Of a DNA stretch of 64,000 nt, positions 10,550 through 19,150 are shown one piece after another. Positions within the stretch are counted from its first letter, which is position 1; every line of letters starts with the position of its first letter. This DNA comes from a virus: IMG/VR virus record IMGVR_UViG_3300024255_001088. One strand, written 5' to 3'. A program made the translations under genes and the position numbers. Under the pieces are notes generated by a model. It was not told where the DNA came from, did no database searches, and saw nothing but the letters and a program-made list of their open reading frames with translations.

Positions 10550-10658
10550 AATAGTTATAACTAATTGAATTTTATTAGGGAAAATGAGGTCTTTAGAACG
10601 ACACCAATCTATAAATAATAGTATTAATTACTAATACTTTTACAAAAGGACATAAGAA

Positions 10659-10877
10659 ATGGCAACAACACAAACATTTGTAATCGAGTATGGGTTATCA
10701 GTAGGGTCATCTGAAGTCATAAATTCAAGTGGAAAAATCGTACCAGGTGCGTTATCCAATGTGGATTCAGACGACATAACAGAAGGCTCAACTAATCTGT
10801 ATATGACTACTTCAAGATTCAACTCTGCATTTGATACGAGACTATCTAACGCCACTATTGATGGAGGCACTATCTAA
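10659..10877 (+). CDS. Small fibre-associated protein ending IDGGTI
   Basis: 'FVIEYGLSVG' N-terminus, 'DDITEGSTNLY' module, SD AAGGA. Confidence 0.6.
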   Translation: MATTQTFVIEYGLSVGSSEVINSSGKIVPGALSNVDSDDITEGSTNLYMTTSRFNSAFDTRLSNATIDGGTI

Positions 10878-13354
10878 TGACAAGTAAAAATTTCATAATC
10901 AAAAATGGTCTAACAGTAGGAACTACTGAGGTCATAACATCTGCTGGTTTAATTACTGGCGCAGCTGTCAACGAGGCAGTTGACGATAGAGTTGATTCTC
11001 TATTAACTGCTGGAACAGGTATCTCATTAACATATGATGACACTGCTGGCACACTAACAATTAACGGACAACAAGGTGACATCACAGGTGTGAACGCTGG
11101 TGCTGGTTTAACTGGTACTGCAAGTTCAGGTGATGCAACACTAAACATTGGTGCTGGTACAGGTATTACTGTAAATGCAGACGATATTGCAGTCAACTTC
11201 AAAGATGAAGATGACATGTCTTCAAACTCAGCAACTCATGCCGCTACTCAACAATCAATTAAAGCATATGTTGACGCTCAAGTTGCAACAGTTCCGACTG
11301 GAGACATAACAAGTGTAGTCTCAGGAACTGGTCTAACAGGTGGCGGAACAAGTGGCGATGTCACTGTAAATGTTGTTGCAGGTAATGGTCTTATCGCAAA
11401 CGCAGACGATGTGACAATCGATACTTCGATAACAGCAGATTTAACTACTGCACAAACTTTAACTAACAAAACATTAACGACTCCAATTCTAAATGGAACA
11501 ATTTCGGGTACTGCTGTCTTAGACCAAGACAACATGTCTTCTAATAGTAATACTCATCTTGCAACACAACAATCAATCAAGGCATATGTAGACTCTTCAG
11601 TTGCAGGTAAAGATAATACAGACGAGATTACAGAAGGTTCAAGTAACCTATACTTCACAAATGAAAGAGTAGACGATAGAGTAGATGCTCTACTAACTTC
11701 TGGTGTCAATGTCGCTATGACATATGACGATGCAAATGGAAGTTTAGAGATTAGAGTACCTTATGAGAATATACAAGATACAGTTGGCGCTCAGATTGCA
11801 ACCAATGGTTCACATACAGGTCTTACTGCAACATATGATGATGCAGGTGACGGCGCTGTAGACCTTGCAGTATCAACATCACATGTTAGGGGTTTAATAT
11901 CTGCTGGTGGTGACTTATCATACAACAGTTCAACAGGTGTAATTAGTTTCACAAACGATGCTGGTGATATCTCTTCAGTAGTTGCTGGAACTGGTATGAC
12001 TGGTGGGGGAACTTCTGGTGATGTGACAGTCAATGTTATTGGGGGAGACGGTATTACTGCAAACGCAAATGATATCGCATTGTCTTCTTCAGTCGCTGGT
12101 GATGGTCTTTCATTCTCAAGTGGTGTTCTTGCAGTAGGGGTTGACGATAGTTCTATAGAAACAAGTTCAGATACATTACAAGTGAAAGCACTTGGTGTCA
12201 CAAATGCCATGTTGGCAGGTTCAATTGCTGAAGGCAAACTTGCAGGTGGTATTTCAAACGCAAAACTTGCTAACTCATCCATAACAATAGACGGAAGTGC
12301 TGTTTCATTGGGTGGTTCAATAACTACTACAAATACACAACTTACACAAGAACAAGTCGAAGACTTTGTTGGTGGTATGTTAGATGGTACCGAAACAGGT
12401 ATCTCTGTATCATACGATGATACAAATGGTAATCTTGACTTTGTTATTGGCGCTGACGACATTACTAACGATATGTTGGCAGGGTCAATTAATCAATCCA
12501 AACTTGCAGGTTCAATTGCAAACGCAAAACTTGCTAATAGTACGATAACAATTGATGGACAATCAGTTGCATTGGGTGGTTCAGTCACAACAACTAACAC
12601 TCAATTATCAACAGAGAATGTACAAGATATCGCTGGGGCGATGTTCTCAAGTAATACTGAAAGTGGTATTACTGCAACATATCAAGATGCAGATGGTACA
12701 ATCGATTTGAATGTTAATGACCCAACAATATCCTTGACAGGCGATGTGACAGGTTCTGCTACAATGACCAATTTAGGTAATGTTAGTATCTCTACTACAG
12801 TCGCTGCTAACTCAGTCGCACTTGGAACAGATACAACAGGTAACTATGTCGCAGGTGTAAGTGCAGGAACTGGTGTCTCAGTAAGTGGTTCTGGAGAAGG
12901 TGCAACATCAACAGTATCTATTGGACAGGCAGTTGGAACATCAAGTAATGTTCAATTTGGAAACTTAGTTCTCACAGGCGACTTAACAGTTAATGGTTCA
13001 ACAGTAACCAACTCTTCAACAAATACAACTATCGAAGACCAACTTATAGAGTTAGGGACAGGTAATAGTGGTTCTGCTTCAGGCGATGCAGGTTTTGTTA
13101 TCGAAAGAGGAAGTGATGCCAATGTATTTATTGGTTGGGATGAAAGTGCTGATGCAGTCACATTCGGAACAGGAACATTTACAGGTGCATCAACAGGTGA
13201 TTTAACGATTACACCAAGTGCAGTAAACACTGGCGCATTGACAATTACAAATGCAACAAACAGTGGTGGCACAGCGAGAAACATACATCAGTCAACATCA
13301 GCTCCAGGCGGAAGTGATGGCGCAGTTGGCGATTTATGGGTTCTTTACTCTTAA
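10877..13354 (+). CDS. Tail-fibre-like protein 2 (825 aa)
   Basis: 'GDITSV.AG.GLTGGG.SGDVT' and 'E.V.D.V...TY.D..G' repeats; C-terminal 'STSAPGGSDGAVGDLWV'. Confidence 0.75.
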   Translation: MTSKNFIIKNGLTVGTTEVITSAGLITGAAVNEAVDDRVDSLLTAGTGISLTYDDTAGTLTINGQQGDITGVNAGAGLTGTASSGDATLNIGAGTGITVNADDIAVNFKDEDDMSSNSATHAATQQSIKAYVDAQVATVPTGDITSVVSGTGLTGGGTSGDVTVNVVAGNGLIANADDVTIDTSITADLTTAQTLTNKTLTTPILNGTISGTAVLDQDNMSSNSNTHLATQQSIKAYVDSSVAGKDNTDEITEGSSNLYFTNERVDDRVDALLTSGVNVAMTYDDANGSLEIRVPYENIQDTVGAQIATNGSHTGLTATYDDAGDGAVDLAVSTSHVRGLISAGGDLSYNSSTGVISFTNDAGDISSVVAGTGMTGGGTSGDVTVNVIGGDGITANANDIALSSSVAGDGLSFSSGVLAVGVDDSSIETSSDTLQVKALGVTNAMLAGSIAEGKLAGGISNAKLANSSITIDGSAVSLGGSITTTNTQLTQEQVEDFVGGMLDGTETGISVSYDDTNGNLDFVIGADDITNDMLAGSINQSKLAGSIANAKLANSTITIDGQSVALGGSVTTTNTQLSTENVQDIAGAMFSSNTESGITATYQDADGTIDLNVNDPTISLTGDVTGSATMTNLGNVSISTTVAANSVALGTDTTGNYVAGVSAGTGVSVSGSGEGATSTVSIGQAVGTSSNVQFGNLVLTGDLTVNGSTVTNSSTNTTIEDQLIELGTGNSGSASGDAGFVIERGSDANVFIGWDESADAVTFGTGTFTGASTGDLTITPSAVNTGALTITNATNSGGTARNIHQSTSAPGGSDGAVGDLWVLYS

Positions 13355-13386
13355 TAAATAGAATAGTATTTTAAGGACTATATAAT

Positions 13387-15489
13387 ATGGCGACAGGCTC
13401 ACAAAAGGTAAAAACACCAACAGGTTGGAATAGTACCCGAGGTGCATGGGTAAAAACAGACTCAGGCACATGGAAAGCTGCTGACCAGATTTATGTAAAA
13501 ACACCTACAGGTTGGAACAATGCTTCTGGACAACAGAGTGTTCAACAACCTTACCCTTATATCGCAAACGCACAAGAACCCAATATAAGAAACAAACAGA
13601 ATCCTTATCCTTATATTGCAAACGCACAAGAACCTAATATAAGAAACAAACAGAATCCTTATCCTTATATTGCTAATGCACAAGAACCTAATATTAGAGA
13701 TAGAAGACAACCTGCGATTTATCAAAATCCAGTAAATGCACAAGAACCTAATATTAGAAATCAACAAGAACCTAATATTAGGTCACAACAAGAACCTAAT
13801 ATTAGAGATGCTAGACAACCTGGTACATATCAACATAGGTCACCTAGTACATATAGAGACCCTCGTTCATATCAGAATCCTTCTACATATAATCATAGAA
13901 GTCCGTTGACATATCAACATAGAAGTCCGTTGACATATCAACATAGGTCACCATTTATATATCAACATAGGTCACCTTCTACATATAGTAATAGACAACC
14001 TAGTACATATCAACATAGGTCGCCTTATAGAAGTCCGTTTATCTATCAACATAGAAGTCCGTTGACATATGACCACAGGTCTCCTTTAATATATCGTAAT
14101 CCGTTTACTTATAATCACAGGTCTCCTTTAACATATGACCATAGGTCACCTTATCAAAGTCCATTTACTTACGACCATAGAAGTCCGTTGACATATCAAC
14201 ATAGGTCACCTTATAGAAGTCCGTTCACTTATCAACATAGAAGTCCGTTGACTTATCAACATCAGTCACCGAGTATTTACCAGAATCCAAGTACCTATCA
14301 GAACAGACAACCTAGTACTTATCAGCATCAGTCGCCAAGTATTTACCAGAATCCTAGTACTTACGACAATAGACAACCTAGTAGTTATCAGCATCAGTCG
14401 CCAAGTATTTACCAGAATCCGAGTACTTACAACAATAGACAACCTGGTACATATGACCATAGGTCACCTTATAGAAGTCCGTTCACTTATCAACATAGGT
14501 CACCATTTACATATGACCATAGGTCGCCGTTTACATATCGTAATCCGTTTACTTATAACCATAGGTCGCCTACTACATATAATCACAGGTCACCATATAC
14601 ATATGACCATAGGTCGCCTAGTACATACAATCACAGGTCACCTAGTACATATCAGGCAAGACAACCTAACGCTGCTAGAAACCCATTTAGTGCAAGACAA
14701 CCGTTCACTTATCAGGCAAGAGAACCTAATACATATAATCATAGGTCGCCTAGTACATACCAAGCAAGACAACCGAATAGTGCTAGACAACCATTTAGTG
14801 CGAGACAACCGTTCACTTATCAGGCAAGACAACCAAACTCTGCTAGAAACCCATTTAGTGGAAGAAATCCTTTCACTTATCAGGCAAGGTCGCCTTCGAT
14901 TGCAAACAATAGGTCTCCTGCAACTTATTCATTCAGAATGCCGTTTACCTTTGGTGGTGGAGGAGGAGGCGGAGGTTGCTTCGCTCCAGGTTCAATGATA
15001 TGGTTAGGCGATGGTTCACATGCACCTATCGAGTCATGTGTTGTTGGTCAATGGGTCATGTCTTGGAACGAAAGTACTAAATTACTTGAACCTAAGAGAA
15101 TACAACAAATTAATCCTCAGCCAATCAGTTCTATATGGGATATAACATTCTCAGATGGTAGAATTCTACAGATGACTGATACTCACCCATTGATGTTACC
15201 AAATGGTGAATGGGGTGCATTTGATATTGAGAAATCAGTAAAAGAACATTGGTGGATGGAAGATATAGAAACACATGAACTTAAAGTTGGAGATAGTATA
15301 TTCAGTATGTTAGATGGCATAATGTTTGATAGACAAGATGAAATGGGACTAGAGATAGTATCAATAGAAGAACACTCAGAAATGGAAGTTTATAACTTAA
15401 CTGGTATTGAAGATAACTCGAACTTCTTTGTTAATGGCATGTTAGCACATAACTTTAACAATCTACCTATTCCTGTAGGACAAAAATAA
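13387..15489 (+). CDS. Zipper chain A2: repeat protein with Gly8 linker and C-terminal Hint domain
   Basis: Three 'VKT..(.)G.W'-type motifs, 464-aa repeat array, G8, then a Hint domain. Confidence 0.85.
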   Translation: MATGSQKVKTPTGWNSTRGAWVKTDSGTWKAADQIYVKTPTGWNNASGQQSVQQPYPYIANAQEPNIRNKQNPYPYIANAQEPNIRNKQNPYPYIANAQEPNIRDRRQPAIYQNPVNAQEPNIRNQQEPNIRSQQEPNIRDARQPGTYQHRSPSTYRDPRSYQNPSTYNHRSPLTYQHRSPLTYQHRSPFIYQHRSPSTYSNRQPSTYQHRSPYRSPFIYQHRSPLTYDHRSPLIYRNPFTYNHRSPLTYDHRSPYQSPFTYDHRSPLTYQHRSPYRSPFTYQHRSPLTYQHQSPSIYQNPSTYQNRQPSTYQHQSPSIYQNPSTYDNRQPSSYQHQSPSIYQNPSTYNNRQPGTYDHRSPYRSPFTYQHRSPFTYDHRSPFTYRNPFTYNHRSPTTYNHRSPYTYDHRSPSTYNHRSPSTYQARQPNAARNPFSARQPFTYQAREPNTYNHRSPSTYQARQPNSARQPFSARQPFTYQARQPNSARNPFSGRNPFTYQARSPSIANNRSPATYSFRMPFTFGGGGGGGGCFAPGSMIWLGDGSHAPIESCVVGQWVMSWNESTKLLEPKRIQQINPQPISSIWDITFSDGRILQMTDTHPLMLPNGEWGAFDIEKSVKEHWWMEDIETHELKVGDSIFSMLDGIMFDRQDEMGLEIVSIEEHSEMEVYNLTGIEDNSNFFVNGMLAHNFNNLPIPVGQK
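13552..14943 (+). repeat. Coding repeat array (short EPNIR part, then long HRSP part), 464 codons
   Basis: 63 units of 4/6/8/10 aa. Confidence 0.95.
14977..15453 (+). other. Hint (intein-like/BIL) autoprocessing domain
   Basis: Block A CFAPGS, block B TDTHP, block F VYNL, block G NFFVNGMLAHN; +1 residue is Phe; no endonuclease. Confidence 0.9.
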
Positions 15490-15529
15490 TGAAGATGATA
15501 ATTAAATTAAGAGTAGGGAGTAAAATCTA

Positions 15530-16996
15530 ATGCCACAGCAACCTCTAATTGGACTTGCTCAATCGCCAAGTACTTCTAATGTGCAAACTCCGTATATTGC
15601 TAATGGCCAGCAACCTTATACTGGTCAACAACCATATACATATCAGTCGCCATATATTGCATCTGGTCAGACTCCTTATACTGGTCAGACTCCTTATACT
15701 TACCAGAGTCCTTATATTGCGAATAATCAACAACCCAATATTAGAAGTTATCAAAGTCCGTATATTGCGAATGGTCAGACTCCTTATACTGGTCAACAAC
15801 CTTATACTTTCCAGAGTCCATACATTGCGAATAATCAAGAACCTAATATAAGGAACAATCAGGAACCCAATATTAGAAGCATACAAGAACCTAATATTAG
15901 AAACCAACAAGAACCTAATATTAGAGATGCTCAGTCACCTAGTAATGCTCAGCAACCTACAATTAAGAACAAACAAGAACCTAATATTCGTTCAGCGCAA
16001 CAGTCAGCACAAGAACCAAATATCAGAAACTTTCAGACTCCTTACATTGCTAATGCACAAGGGGCTAGTGCAGCTCAAGAACCTAATATCAGAAATGCAC
16101 AAACACCTTATATTGCAAACAGACAAAACACTGCAAATGCACAAGAACCTAATATTAGAAACAGACAAACACCTTATATTGCAAACAGACAAACCACTTC
16201 AAATGCACAAGAACCAAACATAAGGTCACAACAAGAACCTAATATTCGTTCAGCGCAAGCGTCAGCACAAGAACCAAACATAAGGTCACAACAAGAACCT
16301 AATATTAGAAACAAACAGCAGAGTGCTCAACAACCTACTATTAAGAACCAACAGGAACCTAATATTAGAGATGCTCAGTCACCTAGTAATGCTCAGCAAC
16401 CTAATATTAGAAGTCAACAAGAACCTAATATTCGTTCAGGTCAAACGGTAACGCAAGAACCTAATATTAGAGACAGACAAACACCTTATATTGCTAATGC
16501 ACAAAATCCGTTTATTAGAAATGCTCAAGAACCAAACATAAGGTCACAACAAGAACCTAATATTAGAGCTCAACAAGAACCTAATATTAGAAACAGACAA
16601 ACAACAGCGAGCTATCAGAATCCTGTAAATGCTCAGAATCCGTTTATAAGAAATAATCAGACTCCATTTACATATGACCATAGAAGTCCGTTGACATATG
16701 ACCACAGGTCTCCTTTAACATATGACCATAGAAGTCCGTTTACTTACAGAAATCCTGCAAATAGTCAGACACCTCTTACATATCAACATCAGAGTCCTTC
16801 TACATATGCTAGACAAGGTCAAACACCAACGACTTATCAACATAGAAGTCCTTCTACATATGCTAGACAAGGTCAGACACCAACGACTTATCAACATAGG
16901 TCACCTAGTACATATGCTAGACAAGGTCAAACACCTGTTATCCGTTGGGATGGTTCATTGTCACAAACATGGCCAGGAACACCTGTTAATTCTTAA
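15530..16996 (+). CDS. Zipper chain B2: repeat protein (long EPNIR/YIAN part, then short HRSP part)
   Basis: 5 aa + 464-aa array + 19 aa; SD GGGAG. Confidence 0.85.
   Translation: MPQQPLIGLAQSPSTSNVQTPYIANGQQPYTGQQPYTYQSPYIASGQTPYTGQTPYTYQSPYIANNQQPNIRSYQSPYIANGQTPYTGQQPYTFQSPYIANNQEPNIRNNQEPNIRSIQEPNIRNQQEPNIRDAQSPSNAQQPTIKNKQEPNIRSAQQSAQEPNIRNFQTPYIANAQGASAAQEPNIRNAQTPYIANRQNTANAQEPNIRNRQTPYIANRQTTSNAQEPNIRSQQEPNIRSAQASAQEPNIRSQQEPNIRNKQQSAQQPTIKNQQEPNIRDAQSPSNAQQPNIRSQQEPNIRSGQTVTQEPNIRDRQTPYIANAQNPFIRNAQEPNIRSQQEPNIRAQQEPNIRNRQTTASYQNPVNAQNPFIRNNQTPFTYDHRSPLTYDHRSPLTYDHRSPFTYRNPANSQTPLTYQHQSPSTYARQGQTPTTYQHRSPSTYARQGQTPTTYQHRSPSTYARQGQTPVIRWDGSLSQTWPGTPVNS
15545..16936 (+). repeat. Coding repeat array mirroring 13552-14943, 464 codons
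   Basis: 63 units whose lengths are the reverse of those in A2. Confidence 0.95.
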
Positions 16997-17033
16997 TCAC
17001 TAAATATTAGTGTAGAAATTAAGGAACTATATT

Positions 17034-18581
17034 ATGAGCGTAAAATCAGACTCACTCGAGCACACAAAGGAACTTCTCAAAGATTGGGATCCAACAGATA
17101 AGAACACACATGTTCAGTTGGGTTCTTTTGATGTATCAAAAGATTATAAAGAAACAGAAGCATATAAATCTTTAAAATGGGTGACAGCGAACAAAACAGG
17201 AAAATTAAAACAGGTCAAATGGGGTGATATGACTAAGTTAATCAAGGAACAAAAGTTTCTTGGTTGGAACAAACTACAATCTCATTCATGGGCATATCAT
17301 TACTTTCTTTCTAAAGGATACACTGCACCACCCGAAAATCCAAAACCAGGAATTGCAGGTATGGATTTTAAAAATTCAAATGATGAATATCAAAAGATAG
17401 AAGAATTCACAGATACTAAGTTAAGCGAACAACAAGATTCTAGTCTTAATGCTGTATATTATCATGGTGCAAAGGCACATTGGTTAGTCGATAGTATCAG
17501 AAAAGAAGGTCTATGGAATGCAATTCAAGGCACTGTATCTACAGCAGGTATGAACTCCAGAGATGAACGAATGTATCAGTTATCTATACATCCAGGTTCT
17601 GTTCGTTCAGGTGTTTTCGAAACTATGAATGACCCAGACTTAGATTTATGGATATGGGATAACCACGATGCTATACCTCTTCCAGAAACACCTATAGATG
17701 AAATGATTGACGAAATGAAGTCGCAACTTGTAGAAAGAAATGCAGACCACTACTCAATGTCGTTTTCATTCACTCGTGGATATTTAGAAATACATAGTGA
17801 CTTATTGAAGATGAACTTCAGAGGAGATGTGACAGACTTCAATAAAAAAGTAAATAAACTTTCTGCTGGCAAACCCTTGACAATCTATGTCGGATATGAT
17901 AGTAGACACAAAGACATTGCAGAACTAAGTGCTAAATGTCTTAAGAGTAGTATATTATTTGGAGCAGGTCATGGTGATGTACATGATATATTAGGAGATT
18001 GGACTCCTGAGATAAAGTTTCTTGACATATCAAAGATTCCAGAGTATAATAGAGAGTATGCAGCTCAATCAACAGAGTTCACATATAGTAGATTCTTAAT
18101 TCCTTACTTAGAAAACTATGAAGGATTTAGTATTTTTATTGATGATGATATACTATTCAATGAAAGTATCTTACCAATGTTCTACTATTTAGATTTAGAT
18201 GATGCAGTTGCATGTGTTCAGTATGATTTTGATACTTATGCTGAAACAAAATTTAACGGTGAAAAGAATGTATCTTATCCTAAAAAACTTTGGTCATCAT
18301 TAATGATATTTAATAATGGTCACGAAGACTGTAAGAAACTTACGCCAGAAGTTATCAATACTGAAAGTGGTAAATATCTACATCAATTTGAATGGACAGA
18401 TAAGATATCAGAAATACCAGAATGGTATGTTATAACTGAGGGGCATGATACGCAAGAAGAAAAGTGGCGTGCTTGTGCTATACATTATACTAGAGGTGGT
18501 CCTTGGATTGAAGGCATGGATACTTCTGAAATAGAACACCTAAATATGTATGAAAGATTTAAAAATAAACATCAAAACTAG
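17034..18581 (+). CDS. Two-domain protein with C-terminal GT-A glycosyltransferase
   Basis: 'IYVGYDSR', 'STEFTYSRFLIPYL', DxD ('IDDD'), 'YPKKLWSSLMIFN', 'HYTRGGPW'. N-terminal domain not identified. Confidence 0.75.
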   Translation: MSVKSDSLEHTKELLKDWDPTDKNTHVQLGSFDVSKDYKETEAYKSLKWVTANKTGKLKQVKWGDMTKLIKEQKFLGWNKLQSHSWAYHYFLSKGYTAPPENPKPGIAGMDFKNSNDEYQKIEEFTDTKLSEQQDSSLNAVYYHGAKAHWLVDSIRKEGLWNAIQGTVSTAGMNSRDERMYQLSIHPGSVRSGVFETMNDPDLDLWIWDNHDAIPLPETPIDEMIDEMKSQLVERNADHYSMSFSFTRGYLEIHSDLLKMNFRGDVTDFNKKVNKLSAGKPLTIYVGYDSRHKDIAELSAKCLKSSILFGAGHGDVHDILGDWTPEIKFLDISKIPEYNREYAAQSTEFTYSRFLIPYLENYEGFSIFIDDDILFNESILPMFYYLDLDDAVACVQYDFDTYAETKFNGEKNVSYPKKLWSSLMIFNNGHEDCKKLTPEVINTESGKYLHQFEWTDKISEIPEWYVITEGHDTQEEKWRACAIHYTRGGPWIEGMDTSEIEHLNMYERFKNKHQN

Positions 18582-18595
18582 ATTATGGAGTTATT

Positions 18596-19147
18596 ATGAA
18601 TATGTTAATTTATTGTGAGAATGGTCATCTTACTATTAGAAAACCAAATGGCCTAGAATGGAGACATGATAATGTCGATAAACCTAATTTAGGGTTTGAG
18701 TATGATGTTCTTATCTATGATGACATCGAAGTCAAGATTATGGAATGGAAAGAAAATGTTCAGTTTGATGAACAAGAAAAAATTTCATTAACAGATGTTG
18801 AGTTAGATGCAATCGAAAACTACATTCAAAATTCTGTTCCACCTTCCGATGTGACATTATCCAATCAATACAGTCAACAAATTAATGATGTTGGTAAAGA
18901 TTACTTAGACCAACAAATTCAAACTTATGGATTTGAAAGTCTGGTAGATGTTATGGCTGCAGGTAGAGATGGTTCAAATCATCCTTTAAGGTCAGATGCA
19001 AGAAGAGTATTAGAATACTATGATGTGATGTGGAACATCTATGTAAATATTATGAATGATGTAAAATCAACTAGAGAAGATTTACTTCCAGATGTAGAAG
19101 AATATATTAATAGATTCCCACCGCCACAAAAAGCATTAATAGAGTAG
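18596..19147 (+). CDS. Hypothetical protein, possibly tail-fibre-assembly-like
   Basis: C-terminal helical pattern resembling fibre chaperones; lies after the fibre genes. Confidence 0.4.
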   Translation: MNMLIYCENGHLTIRKPNGLEWRHDNVDKPNLGFEYDVLIYDDIEVKIMEWKENVQFDEQEKISLTDVELDAIENYIQNSVPPSDVTLSNQYSQQINDVGKDYLDQQIQTYGFESLVDVMAAGRDGSNHPLRSDARRVLEYYDVMWNIYVNIMNDVKSTREDLLPDVEEYINRFPPPQKALIE

Positions 19148-19150
19148 TTT

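Noticed and set aside
14977-15453. Mobile homing intein
   Set aside because: No endonuclease domain, +1 residue is Phe, and it is near-terminal rather than inside a conserved enzyme.
4981-16590. Frequent DNA palindrome CTAATATTAG as a binding-site array
   Set aside because: It arises from preferred codons for P-N-I-R (CCT AAT ATT AGA), and synonymous variants break it.
3369-16936. Repeat arrays as CRISPR arrays
   Set aside because: The repeats are in-frame coding units with synonymous variation, without unique spacers or cas genes.
3369-16936. Mirror pattern caused by a DNA inverted repeat or antisense coding
   Set aside because: The reverse complement of the EPNIR-type DNA translates to 'SNIRFL'-type peptides, not HRSP units. 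The symmetry exists only at the protein level.
3312-16996. Diversity-generating retroelement
   Set aside because: No reverse transcriptase in the window, and no template/variable repeat pair with adenine-specific differences was seen.
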